NCBI GenBank assembly: GCA_951406725.2
Contig: OX597818.1
Coordinates: 93,000,001-93,064,000, forward strand
DNA length: 64,000 bases
From: Octopus vulgaris
Taxonomy: Eukaryota
Direction: 5' to 3'
Part shown: piece by piece, positions 1-12,850 of the stretch
How the letters are laid out: each line of letters starts with the position of its first letter
Numbering within the stretch: the first letter of the stretch is position 1
Program-made: the position numbers and the translations under genes
The notes under the pieces: model-generated
Database searches by the model: none
The model's input: the letters and a program-made list of their open reading frames with translations, nothing else
What the model was told of the DNA's origin: nothing

Positions 1-329
1 ATCCTTTTGTCACAATATATCTTTCAAATTACCCCTTCCTTCTATCAGTGCCCACTCCTTACACACTTCCCAACTTCAGCTACTACTTCTTTTGAAATTT
101 TGTGAACTCACCTACCCACCCTCCCAAATCCCAAGTCCACTTTGCTATATACACCACTCTGTAACTTGAGTGTATGACCCCTGCCCCCACCCTGTCACAT
201 CTTCACCCTCTTTCTCTCCTCTCTCTCCCCATCTGGGGTAGCCATGTTTCTCTTCTTATGCAAAACACCTTTTTTGTATCTTCAATACTACTCCCCACTA
301 GGTAAGGGGCCTTGTCCAGTGCTGCATAG

Positions 330-530
330 TACTTGGTGACCTCATTGTTGCTGGTGTTACATAAAAAGCACTCAGCACTCTTTGTAAAATGGTTAGCATC
401 AGGAAGGGCATTCAGCATCAGAAACCATGCCAAAACAGACAGTGGTACATAAAGCAGTCCACTGCTTTGCCAGCTCCTGTTGAACTGTCAAATCCATACC
501 AGCATGGAAAACAAAGATTAAATGATGATG
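330..530 (+). mobile_element. Decayed SINE-like retroposon, family E (ATG-repeat tail)
   Basis: Reverse complement of the 1558-1757 repeat; ends TAAATGATGATG. Confidence 0.65.
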
Positions 531-1080
531 GAGTCAATAAGTTATTAATGATTCCATGAGAATGGGTCAACGATATCAGAAGGCTCCTGACTCCTGCATT
601 AAACTGAGAGGAGAAAAGTGGGGCATAAAGTATTTCCACTGAGATGGGGATGGATGAAAAAGTCAACCTCACTGCAACTTGAACTAATATGTACTAACCT
701 CAGTACTTATTTCAATCTGGCATGTATTTTACAGATTTCTGCTTGATGCACTGCTAACTGAGACATTGTGGGACACAATACTCGATTCAACAACAAATGA
801 AAACACACACATTAGGTGCAAGAATGAATGTGTGGTTGAAACATTTGCTTCCCAACCACATGGTTCCACGTTCAGTCCCTCTGCATGGTACCTTGAGTAA
901 ATGTTTTCTACTATAGCTCTAGGCCAACCAGAGACTTGTGACTGAGTTTGGTAGACAGAAACTGCATCGTTGTTCATCAGAAAATGATCATAAAATTTTT
1001 ATAAAGGAGAGTAGCTTGCTTCATACTCCTCATATGCTGATTCCTAAGAAAGGAAAAAAAAATACAATGTAGCTCATAAC

Positions 1081-1110
1081 ACCTGGGCAACACCTGGGTG
1101 CATTTTCTAG
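1081..1110 (+). mobile_element. Possible Helitron-like 3' terminus
   Basis: ACCTGGGCAACACCTGGGT followed shortly by CTAG, resembling the Helitron subterminal hairpin plus CTAG end. No 5' end was identified. Confidence 0.25.
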
Positions 1111-1557
1111 AGTGTGTGTGTGTGCATATCTTTGTGTTTGTCTTGGTATGTTTACATACCTAAAACTTACCGGTTCAGCAAAAAAGACCAATAGAATATG
1201 TAGTAAAGCTTAAAAAATGAGGCCTGAGGTCAATTTGTTTGACTTAAAAAAAAAACCTTCAAGATGGTGTTCCAGCATGGCTGCAGTCAAATGACTGAAA
1301 CAAGTAAAAGAATAAAAGAAAGAATAAGAACATAAAAGCATGGTTGTGTGGTTAGGAAGCTTGCTTGTCAAACACATGGTTTCAGGTTCAGTACCACTGA
1401 ATGGCACCTTGTGCAAGTGTTTTCTGCTATGGCCTCAGACCAACTGAAGCCTTGTGATTGAATCTGATATGCAGAAGTTCCCATCATGTGTATACATGTA
1501 TGTGAAAGTGCTTATGCCTTCTATAACAGACAGGAGGGAAATACACACACACATATA

Positions 1558-1757
1558 TCATCATCATCGTTTAACGTCCGCTTTAAATGCTAGCATGGGT
1601 TGGACGATTTGACTGAGGTCTGGCAAACCAGACGGCTGCACCAGACTCCAATCTGATCTAGCAGAGTTTCTACAGCTGGATGCCCTTCCTAATGCCAACC
1701 ACTCCGAGAGTGTAGTGGGTGCTTTTACGTGCCACTGGCACGAGAGCCAGTCAGGCG
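1558..1757 (-). mobile_element. SINE-like retroposon, family E, 3' portion
   Basis: CATCATCATCGTTTAACGTCCG...GCTGGATGCCCTTCCTAATGCCAACCACTCCGAGAG. Related copies at about 4200-4340, 14033, 30507, 30690 and 51775-52057. Confidence 0.8.
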
Positions 1758-1799
1758 ATATATCATCACACTACAAAAACACTAGCAGTAGCTTCTAAT

Positions 1800-1982
1800 A
1801 TGATTGTCTATCCCGCTAGAAGTAACAGTCTAATCTCCCTCAAATCACACTCCATCTAAAATTGGATGATATGGTCCCGATTCTCAGCATATAAATGAGA
1901 AAAAAAACAAGGTGGTCATGGTTGGAGTACCTTTCATCATAAGTCTGCCCAATCAGGATTAATCTGGAGCTAAACAACAACC
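1800..1982 (+). repeat. Old interspersed repeat, family F, with an (AAC)n tail
   Basis: The motif AAATCTCCCTCAAATCACACC...CAGGGCTGACCTGGGGCTAAACAACAAC recurs at about 2340-2580, 7460-7625, 34780-34945, 45830-45990, 55230-55420 and 61590-62000. Confidence 0.6.
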
Positions 1983-2035
1983 CTACTACAACCACCACCA
2001 CAACACTAGACAAGCCATGTGGTAAGCATCTTCAT

Positions 2036-2329
2036 CAGTGTTTCTTCTCTACATGGGTCTATATAAGATTTTTGGGGGTCCATGCAAGCACAATAGTAAA
2101 TTGGGGATCCACAGCAGTATATTAAATGTCCCCCCACCAAAAAAAATGTAAAAGGTAAATTTCTTGCTCAAATGTTGTACCTAAGTCAACCTATACAAGT
2201 CAAAGTGTGAAAAACAAAATAGGAATTTTGAAAGAAGTATCTATAAAACTAGCTTATAAGAACAAGGGTCTACCAGAATAAAATAGTAATAAAAGGGGTC
2301 CATAGATAATATATGGTTGTGAACTGCTG
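2036..2329. mobile_element. hAT-type MITE
   Basis: Starts CAGTGTTTC and ends GAACTGCTG. Flanked by the 8-bp TSD ATCTTCAT (2028-2035) / ATCTACAT (2330-2337), one mismatch. Internal GGGGTCCAT motifs. Confidence 0.6.
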
Positions 2330-3480
2330 ATCTACATAGTCACTTGGCCTTCAACAAAACCACAGCCAAATTTCTTTCAAATCATATATTTGAAGGTAAC
2401 ACTCCAGGTTAAACTTAAGCCATGATGGCTAAAAGAAATCACAGAACAAATAACTGTTTTAAGATAAAAAGAAAAACAATCTTGTTAGAGTTATGGTATA
2501 GCTAAATAAAAGATAGGATGGGCATGGCTGGAACATCTTTGGTCACAGGTTTGCTTAGTCAGGGCTGACCTGAGGTTTAAGACATTACTAAAATTACCAT
2601 CATTACTACTACTACCACAACAATAATCACCACCACCCTTCAGCACCATCATCAACAAACATAAATAAAACAACCACCATCAGGTCAGTACTATTTAAAT
2701 AAATAAAGCAAGTCATGGGTAGAGTGTGGCCGAAGATAGGATAGTCATAGCTAGAATATCATTTGTAATAGGCTTGCTCAGTCAGTGTTGACCTGGGGTT
2801 AAATTACAACACATTACTTCATTGGTATAAGACATTTTGTTGCCACCTATTTGGTACTGTTGAGTTGATGCTAATTTGAATAACCTACCTAACGCCAACC
2901 ACTTTACAGTGTAGACTGGGTGCTTCTTTTTTTTTTGTGCCACCTGCAATATTGAGGTTGAAATGAAATTCGCAGGACTACAAGCCTTAGGATAGGTGCA
3001 CAGGTCAGCTTCATACAGGAGGATGAGGTGATTCTCATGAGAGGCAAGCAAAGCAGATTCCTGCAGTGAGACCTGCATGTATGCATAATGCATCTTTCTC
3101 TCCCTATCAATATATATGAATGAGTGTGTGTGTATGTGTGTGTGCATGTGTATGTTTGCCTTTGGTGTATGTCTCACAATAAACTGAGTGTCCAGTTGAC
3201 CATGCCAAATTGTCATGCCCAATCAATTCATTCCATTACTACAACCACCATTATCACCACTACTACTACTACAATTACCATCAACAACAACAACTACTAC
3301 TTCACACACACCCTGTCAGTAGCACCACCAACAAAAGTATAAGTACAACCACCATCAGGTCAGTAACTATTGAAATAAAAAATAGATCAACAGAAACAAA
3401 ACAACATTAGGTTACATACAAAAGCTGGATTGTAGCAATGTAAGGGGGAGAGAGAGGCAAATGCAGAGGGGGTAACAAAG

Positions 3481-3492
3481 AGAGAGACAGAC

Positions 3493-3525
<33 letters not shown>
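3481..3525. repeat. (AG)n microsatellite
   Basis: Read directly from the sequence. Confidence 0.9.
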
Positions 3526-3528
<3 letters not shown>

Positions 3529-4617
3529 GCAGTAAACAATCCTGATAGTTGGCTGTTTCTTGTACAACAGAGATTGGCAGAACTAGATAAGTTGGATCAC
3601 AGCCATGTTCTCTGTCTTTCCTTCTTCATCTGGTTGCTAAGACAACATTCTTCATGAAGAGAAGAAGAATGTGGAAGAAACACTTAAACATACAGTGTTG
3701 GGGGTGTATTTAGTGCGAGGTAAAGTAAAGGGGAGGGTGCAGGATGTATGTTGTCGCTGAAGGAGGAAGGACTAGGTTTCTGTTATTAGCCATCAAAATG
3801 TTACCATCTCCAAAGTGACCTAAAAGATTTTGCTGTTTTTTGTTTGTTGTTGTTGTTTGTGAAGAACAATGTGAAGAGTTTAGCAAGTTACAGGAGACAA
3901 TAGTCATTGCTAAAGACCAAGCAAAAGGAGACTGTATGGGTCAATAGGTCATTACATGGCCTTCTTTGACAAACTAAAATTAGCAACCAAATCTCACTGC
4001 TTTGAGGGGGGAAAAAAAGCTAAGAAGCTCACATTGGATAATGTAATTCTGAAAACACTGAATAAAAGGTGGGATGATTATGGATGGAATGTCAGACCAT
4101 AATTCAGCAAGGATGATCTGGAGAGGAGGGGTGGGAGAAAGGGATGGATAGGTGAGTGGATGGAAAGAATGTATGATAAAGATGGAGTAACAGAAAGTGG
4201 TGGCCATTAAGAAGGCATCCAGCTGTAGAAACCAATGCCAAAACCAACATTGGAGTTCAACACAGCTCTCCAGTTTATCCAATCCTGTTGAACCATCCAA
4301 CCCAAGCCAGCATGGAAGATGGTTATTAAATGATGATGCTTGTTGCAAAAGCAGATGGTCAACTGGTTAGAATGATGGGCTCATATTCATAAAGTCAGGG
4401 TTTCATGTCCAGGCCAGGACATAAAACTTTACATTGCTCCAGTCTACTCGGGTAGAAATGAGTGCCAACAACAGTTTATGATTAATCTTGCAACAAACTA
4501 GCATTCCATCCTGGGGAAATTTTACACTCACAGTTGCTGAGAAGTGCAGAAACCAAGCTAAGCCCTGACCCTATGCTCAAAAACAGACTAACTTTTTATC
4601 ATTATGTGTGAATTTAA

Positions 4618-4820
4618 GGCAGCAAGTTGGAAGAATCATTAACATGTCAAAGTGCTTAGCAGCATATTCTTCTGGCTCTCTACATTCTGGGTTCATATGC
4701 CACTGAGGTCAACTCTGCCTTCTGTACTTTCAAGGTCAATAGAATAAATAAGTATTGGGGTTGATGTAATCAACTTACCCCACCCCTCAAAATTGCTGGC
4801 CTTGTGCCAAAATTTGAATT
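4618..4820 (+). mobile_element. Decayed tRNA-derived SINE, family B
   Basis: Similar to the intact copies at 33421 and 48251. Confidence 0.7.
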
Positions 4821-4943
4821 ATTACATGTGAACTGGTTGGGGCATTGTTAGGGCATTGAACAAAATGCCTTGCAGCATTTGTTCCAGCAATTTACATTCT
4901 GAGCTCAACTCTTGCCAATTTCAAGAAAATAAAGTACCAGTCA

Positions 4944-5105
4944 GGCGCAGGAGTGGCTGTGTGGTAAGTAACTTGCTTACCAACCACATGGTTCCGGGTT
5001 CAGTCCCACTGCGTGGCATCTTGGGCAAATGTCTTCTGCTATAGTCCCAGGCCGACCAATGCCTTGTGAGTGGATTTGGTAGACGGAAACTGAAAGAAGC
5101 CTGTC

Positions 5106-5159
<54 letters not shown>

Positions 5160-5357
5160 TTGTCCCCCTAGCATTGCTTGACAACCAATGCTGGTTTGTT
5201 TACGTCCCCGTTACTTAGCGGTTCGGCAAAAGAGACCGATAGAATAAGTACTGAGCTTACAAAGAATAAGTCCCGGGGTTGATTTGCTCGACTAAAGGCG
5301 GTGCTCCAGCATGGCCGCAGTCAAATGACTGAAACAAGTAAAAGAGTAAAAGAGAGA
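4944..5357 (+). mobile_element. Young full-length tRNA-derived SINE, family A (Octopus-type)
   Basis: Pol III A-box TGGCTGTGTGG and B-box GGTTCAGTCC, central (TA)n(TG)n tract, tail GAAACAAGTAAAAGAGTAAAAGAG. Near-identical to the copies at 7650, 14796, 61116 and 62502. Confidence 0.92.
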
Positions 5358-7649
5358 GTCAAGTACAGGGCTCAATATAATCCATTAACTTCAACCCCCT
5401 CAAAATGGCCTTGTGCTTACATTAGAAAATTTTTATTCCAGAAATAATAGATGCAGATGTGACTTTGTGTTAAGAAGTTTGATTCCCAACCACATGGTTC
5501 CAGGTTCATACCACGTGTCTTCCATCAAAGCCCTGGATCAACCAAAGCTTTGTGAGTAGATTTGGGAGACTCAAACTGAAAGAAGTCCCTCATATACACA
5601 TATACAGGGGAGGGGTATCTTTGCATTTGTCCCCCACCACTGCTTGATAAGCTGTGTTGGTTTACAACCCTATAACATAGCAGCTCAGCAAAGTGAGACC
5701 AATAGAAGTACCAGGTTTAGAAGAAAAAAATTACTGTGGTCGATTTGTTTCACTAAACCCTTCAAGACAGAGCTGTATTAAGAAAAAATGGGGGAGGGGG
5801 CTTGTTTCACTGTCATGATTAGATGTTTTATCTAACTTTCATTCTCTAGTTACATTCAGTATAATTCCCATTAGATGTGAGTGTGATATGTGTGTTCATT
5901 ACTACTCTTTTTAATTAATTCACTAATTTTATCACTGCCATAATTTAATTCTCTTAGTGATTTAATAAAATTTCACACACACACAAAATGTCTTCATCAT
6001 TTTAACATCCAAATTTTCCTGCTTACATGTGCCAGGCAAGGTTTACTGCGGCAGATTTTCTGCAACTGGATACCTTTCCTGTTACCAACCCTTACATGTT
6101 TCCAAGCAAGATTAATATTTTCTCCATGGACAGACTAGTTTGCACAGAATATTGGAAATGAATCACATTCATTTACAACAATCACAGGATGTCAAGGTAA
6201 GGAAACACAGACATATATACATGCTTACATAATATATGATAAATATGGGCGTATGTATATAAATGAATGTATGTATAAATGATGGGCTTCTTTCAGCTTC
6301 AGTCAACCAAATTCTCTCACAAGGCTTTTAGTCAGCCAAGAGCTGGGTTAGTGTTAGGGTTAGAAGACGCTCAACCAAGGTTTCATGCAGTGAGGTTGAA
6401 TCTGAAACCTGTGGATAGGAAGTAAACTTCTCAATCACCCAGCCACACCTGTGCCTAAATATAATAATAATAATTTTAATGACAGATTAAATTATTGCCA
6501 TGATAGAATCTGTGAATTAGAAAGGGTAATAAAAGTTAACTTCCACAAAAAATTTTTTAATTTTCTAGTAGAAAATTTGTAAGTGTTATAATAGAAATTT
6601 GTATCTTCCAGAAACACAAACTAATTTCATTTAAAAATTTAAAATAAGTTTCTATAAATGAAAATTGCTTTACAGAAAAACAAAAATTATTTTCCAAATT
6701 AAAAGAAAACTATAATTAAAATTTCTTGATTACAGAATTAAAAACATATTCTAATTAAAAATATAATTTTAAAAAAATTAAAATCTGTATTAATCCAGAA
6801 GAGACAATTTTCCAATTTGGAAAAAAAAAAAGTTATATTGAAAATTTTATCTTCTATGGAGAAGAATCTTAATATTTGTGAAAACATAATTTGACAACGA
6901 TTCTATCTTCTAACAGGCTTGTTTCCTCCAGCCTGTCCAACCTGCTGTACAGGAATTATTAAACACAAAAATTGCCAAAAAATGCATTATAATAAAGAGA
7001 CACAGAAATGGTTCAGCATTAAAAAATTTCATAGAGAAAGACATCCTAATTACATATTAAATGCACTTTGCTAACAATGTTAAACCACCATTTTTAAAAG
7101 GATGGGTATGCATATATTTCAATAAGCATTGAATGTCATCTATAAATATATTATATATGCATGCACACACATACACATTTCTTGCTTAAAACTGGATGGG
7201 AGAGGGTCTTATGTGTTTGTAAGTCCTACATGCCAGCGAATACAGTAATTTTTAAATACTTTTTTTTTTTCATAATCTGTTAAGAATTTTATTTCTTTGA
7301 ATAATATTCCATAAAATAACCAAGGTTTGATATAAAATATTTTTTAAACATGGCTTTGTCAGATAGCAGTTGTAGCCTTGTCAGACAATAGCTAACTTCA
7401 ACATTAAAAAAATTATTCATATCTGCATTAAAAAAGCAAAACAAGAGCATTGTTCAAACCAGCTTAAAACAGCAGCAAATTGCCATCAAATCACACCCTT
7501 ACTATCTTTAAAAAAGAACACATTGGTTAATATAGTCTTGTCCAGGATATACTGCATCTAAATACAAGATAAGATGATTATTTTGGGAACAGCTTTGATG
7601 AAGCTAACCCAGCCCCTAACAACAAAAATATTCATTAATATTTAATATA

Positions 7650-7832
7650 GGCACAGGAGTGGCTGTGTGGTAAGTAGCTTGCTTACCAACCACATGGTTC
7701 CGGGTTCAGTCCCACTGCATGGCACCTTGGGCAAGTGTCTTCTACTATAGCCTCGGGCTGACCAAAGCCTTGTGAGTGGATTTGGTAGACAGAAACTGAA
7801 AGAAGCCCATCATCATCATATATATATGTATG

Positions 7833-7883
<51 letters not shown>

Positions 7884-8090
7884 GTGTGTGTTTGTGTGTC
7901 TGTCGCCCCCAACATCGCTTGACAATCAATGCTGGTGTGTTTACATCCCTGTAACATAGCAGTTTGGCAAAAGAGACCGATGGAATAAGTACTAGGCTAA
8001 CAAATAATAAGTCCTGGGGTCAATTTCCTCGACTAAAGGCGGTGCTCCAGCATGGCCACAGTCAAATGACTGAAACAAGTAAAAGAGTAA
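7650..8090 (+). mobile_element. SINE family A, full length
   Basis: Same head, (TA)n core and tail as the 4944 copy. A decayed copy follows at about 8110-8450. Confidence 0.92.
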
Positions 8091-9387
8091 GAATATTAAA
8101 AGTATTTGGCTTGGGTATGGCTGTGTGATTAGGCTTGCTTTGCAACCATTTGATTTCAGGTTCAGTTCCACTGTTCAGCACCTTGGGTAAATGAGCAGAT
8201 CAACACAATGTGAGTGAATACGGTAGACAGAAATGGTGCAGAAGCCCTGAGTGTATGTGTTCTTTGTATCTGTCCTTCCATTGCTTGACAACTGCTGTTG
8301 GCTTGTTTACATTGTCATAACTTAGCAATTCAGCAAAAGATATCGATAGAATAAGTACTAGACTTTAAAAAATAAGTAGAGGGGTCAATATGTTCAACTA
8401 ATCCCGTCAAGGCAGGGCTCCAGCATGGAATGAAATAAATAAAAAGATACAGAATTTGTAGAAATAACTGAAGAGTGCTTTGCACGTCAATTAAAATTAT
8501 TTCTCTCAATTCTGTGATTAAATCTCACAATCTACTGCATTCCATATTTCAATGTACACTTTAAAATTTAGTGTTTAATAATCAAGCACTGTGCCAGATA
8601 TCTGATATTCTTGAGCCACTCCTTTGCTTTTTATCCTTTCAAACTGCACCATAAACAAAACAAAAGAATCTTTTACTTATTTGGGTCTACTTAGTCATTT
8701 GTTTCTTTCATGCTCATTTTTCAATACTAGCATAAGTAAGACAAATATGTTATCAAGGCACCATCTTACAGTCAAATGCCCTTCATGTCACTCACCCTTA
8801 ACAGTATCAAGTAAGGGACCTCTTATTCCATACGCCTTCAAAAGCACAAACCAAGCATCTGATCTGTCAACAGGAAAATAGCACCACCACTCATGTCACA
8901 ACTTTTATAGGAAGGAGTGAAGTATAAACACAGATACACACATATGATATGTTTCCACACAGTTTCCATCAATCAAATTCACTCACATGGTTTTAGTCAG
9001 CCCAGAGCTCTAGCAGAAGACACTTGTCCAAGGTGCCACACAACTGGACTGGACCTAAAACCATATGGTACAAAAGAAAGTGAACTTCTTAATTATACTT
9101 TATTCTCTCCAGTGCCAGAGGAGCACTAACATCATTTACAATGTGGTGAATCAACCACCGACGTTGCCCAATGACCTCAATATCAAATTTAGAATTCATA
9201 CAAGGCTGAGGCCATATACAAAACAACCCCGACACAATTCAGGTTTACAACACAATATCTTTTCCACCACAGGCCCTGACCAAATTTCTTCAAAGGATAC
9301 TAGATAAGCCACCTATACCTGGATACATCTCAGCCAACAACTTTCTACTTGAATGAGTCATGATACCACAAAACTTGACTTTAAAAT

Positions 9388-9420
9388 AACTTAACAGATC
9401 CTGATAGGATCTGTTAAGTT
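9388..9420. repeat. Perfect 15-bp inverted repeat with a 3-nt loop
   Basis: AACTTAACAGATCCT-GAT-AGGATCTGTTAAGTT. Confidence 0.9.
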
Positions 9421-10789
9421 TGACAATTTTTGTCCAAAACACATTTAAATTTTATACAGCTTTGCCTGACCCTATTCTCAAGAATTGATATTCAGCTGAC
9501 ATATAATTAAAAAGAAGCTATTTACAGGGCAAAAGGGTCAACAGCTTGTGACATGGCTAACACTTTGCTTTTAAAAAAGCTTGTCTCTTGACTGACTCAG
9601 TTCTATCTATGGATACACTACCAATTAATCAAAGAGTTGAAAACTGACAAATGCTTTGCTTGTTTGCAGTACTGGGTTCAGATTCTGCTATCTGCATACT
9701 ACAGCTTGCCAAGGCTTTTGGGTATCAAATCCCAAAGAAAGCTGAGTCTCACTGGTTCCTCACAGTAGAGCTATTTCACTTCAATGTCATCATAATACAG
9801 ATGAGACACTCGTTTCTTTATTATCTAAAATAAGGTATATTTATGTTTACTGCACATAGCAATTTGTAAACAGTAGCATTGCTTGTTTGTGTCACTGAAT
9901 AAGGAGTGATATCAGGTGGGATGATATCAAAGAGGTTAAGGATCTCTTCTGAAAGCTTTCAATTTTTCTGTGAATGTATCTAGAACTAATCATCCCTTTC
10001 AAAGTGGCATTTACACTATTATAAAGAATTCCAATGTGCTTACAAACAACAACAAAAAATGCCATTCATTCACAAACAGTTGAATCAAGACAGGGTAAAG
10101 TGTTTTTGGTGGACATGAACTCTGGATATTTTTATCAAAAATCTGACACCCAGCCAACTACTGTTCACCATTGTTATCATTCTTACAGCAACCACATGCT
10201 TCAGAGAAGCAGTAAGGGGATATAAATTAAACAAAACAGCTTTAATCTGGGATTAAAACTGGGTCATAAACATACCTTACCCAGGAGAGTATGAACAACA
10301 ATATTAATACATGGCAAACAGCCATTTATATTCAATAAATAACAGCAGCAGCAACAATAATAGTAATAGTGGTAGAGATTTTCTGGACAGTCATCAGCTC
10401 TATATTTAAGTGATATGAGTTAGCTGTATTATTAAGTGCCAGGGCAATGATTAATGAAGGCAAACAATATAACCATAATTATGAATTAAGATAATGACCC
10501 AACAAAAGGCAAGAAATTATCAATAGTACTTTCATGTCACTAAAGATAGGGTCTTTTGATTTCCTTGCACCACAGTACAAGAGTATTTGTTAATTACCTT
10601 TATAGCTCTTAAGATGTAGCGAGGGGCCCTCAATGAGAGAGGTGAGGTAGTAAAAAGAAAAAAGATTGACTTATTTATACTAAAATATGAAGACACTCTT
10701 AACTAATGACAGCCAAATACATTTTACATCAAAACATCTAAGATTGTTAGCACTTAAGAGAGACAGACGAAGAGAAAGCAAATATACAC

Positions 10790-11160
10790 AGGCTGTGTGG
10801 TAAGAAGTTCGTTTCCCAACCACATGGTTTCGGATTTAGTCTCACTGTCTTCTAATATAGCCACAGGCAGACCAAAGCCTTGTGAGTGGATATAGTAGTT
10901 GGAAACTGCAAGAAGCCCATTGTGTGTGTGTGTGTGTGTGTTCCTTGCCACTGCTTGGCAACCAGTGTTAGTTTGTTTATGTCCTCATAACTTAGCAGTT
11001 GGGTAAAAGAGACTGACAGAATATGTACCAGCCTTTAAAAAAATAAGTCTGGGGCCGATTCATTCAACTAGATAAAAAAAACTCCTGAAAATTCTTCAAA
11101 GCAGTACCCCAGCATGGTTGCAGTTTAATAACTGAAACAAGTAAAAGATAAAAGATATAA
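10790..11160 (+). mobile_element. SINE family A, older copy
   Basis: Head GGCTGTGTGGTAAGAAG, tail GAAACAAGTAAAAGATAAAAGAT. Confidence 0.8.
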
Positions 11161-12105
11161 TGGGAATGTAACAACACTTATATTCAAGCTATAGATTTTC
11201 ATTTGTACACAACATATTTGCACTGAGACATGTAACAATAGATTTACATAAAATCCTAGAAACGCTGCGATTCTCCAAGAAAGAATACAGCTGAATGATT
11301 CACATTCCCCAAATACAATCACTTGTAAAACATTCCAGGGAATATCCATTTGAAGCTATTAGGCTGAATAAATACACACACACACATATGTTCATATGTA
11401 CATATGGAATATACACATACATACAAACATATAGGCATGGCTGTATAGTTAAGAAGCTCGCCTTTGCAACCATCATGGTTTTGGGTTCACTCCCACCATG
11501 TCACTTTGCACAACTGTCTTATACTATGGCCTTGGCCAACCAATGCCTTGTGAATTAATTTGGTAGATGGAAAACTACACTGAAACCCATCATATGTGTG
11601 TGTGCATGTGTGTTCATCTCTACCATGACTTCGCAACTGGCATTCGTTTATTCTCATCTCCATAATTTAGCAGTTCAGCAAAAGACACTGACAGATTAAG
11701 GTGGTAATCCAGGATAATAGCAGTCCAATGACCGGAAAAAGTAAAAGATACACACACACACATATCAACAATAATGAAGCATACACATACAACCACTTGT
11801 CTACTAAAGTGACACGAGTACCAATTATATGATTGCAAATTTATCTACACATGCACGAAACAATTGAGATATCCACAAACACCAAGACAAGAGCTGTCTT
11901 GAGTTAAACAAAAGAGCTTTGTCACTGTTTATTGACTGACTTACATTCTGTAAAAGAACAAACTCAAGTAAAAAAATAAAGTATACACACATACACACAC
12001 ATACAAGCATACACACATACAAACATACATATATACAAAGTTTTTTTGTTTTTTTTAGATAGATATGAATCAAATACAAAACTAGTACGAAAATGGAATA
12101 CTTAC

Positions 12106-12270
12106 AGAAGGATTACTGGATGGTAAATCTGCATCTAAACAAGGACACACCACAGAACAACCATCCAATGGTAGAGAACTGACTCCTATTCTTTTCTTCC
12201 ATTTCCGATGATAAATAATGTGATCTTCTGTCAACTGAAACCTTCGGGCTTTCCATTTGCCATTAATGCC
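12106..12270 (-). CDS. Internal coding exon of a pleckstrin-like (PLEK/PLEK2-type) PH-domain gene, 55 codons, phase 0-0
   Basis: On the minus strand the acceptor is TTATTTTCAG (12271-12280) and the donor is GTAAGTAT (12098-12105). The open frame reads GINGKWKARRFQLTEDHIIYHRKWKKRIGVSSLPLDGCSVVCPCLDADLPSSNPS. This matches the pleckstrin-2 N-terminal PH pattern recalled from memory (G..HNWKARWFIL...YYK...ILLDGCTITCPCLEY). The exon begins at the same G where vertebrate pleckstrin exon 2 begins. Downstream exons were not found in 1-12100. Confidence 0.88.
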
Positions 12271-12616
12271 CTGAAAATAAAGTAGAAGAATAAGAGTGAG
12301 AAGTAGTACACTTATATTTTACATTGCCTTATTTCAACAACCTGTTGGTAGGAACAGGTACCACATATGTGTAACCCTTTTAATACCAACCCAACCAACA
12401 TTGAATTTTTGGTGCAAACTTTGTTTTAAAGTGATTTTAAATTTAAAATTCTGTCAAAGTTTCATGTTACATTTCACCGACTAAATTCTTCATAATTTTT
12501 AAAATTAATTGAAACAACACTAGTGTATTCAGCAGAAAAATGGTAAGAAAAGGATAAATATTATGAGCGATAAATCAACCTCCACTTGGCCAAAACAACA
12601 ATTTATTTACACATGT

Positions 12617-12850
12617 TTTTTAAACATGGCTTTGTCAGATAACAGTTGTGGCCTTGTCAGACAATAGCTAAATTCAACGTTAAAAAAATTATTCATCTCT
12701 GCATTAAAAAAGCAAAAAAGAGCATTGTTCAAACCAGCTTAAAACAGCAGCAAATTTCCATTAAATTACACCCTTACTATCTTTTAAAAAGAACACATTG
12801 CTTAATATAGTCCTGTCCAGGATATACTGCATCTAAATACAAGATAAGAT
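12617..12850 (+). repeat. Local direct duplication of 7341-7575
   Basis: TTTTAAACATGGCTTTGTCAGAT...CTAAATACAAGATAAGAT is present at both sites with scattered substitutions. Confidence 0.9.

Noticed and set aside
6914-6943. Possible 30-nt minus-strand microexon QVGQAGGNKP
   Set aside because: Weak donor (GTTAGA) and no homology support.
8560-8645. Possible PH exon 3 (minus strand, AKEWLKNIRYLA after an acceptor-like TGCAG)
   Set aside because: An in-frame TAA immediately precedes the motif, and the phase-0 frame from the acceptor is not PH-like and ends in a stop.
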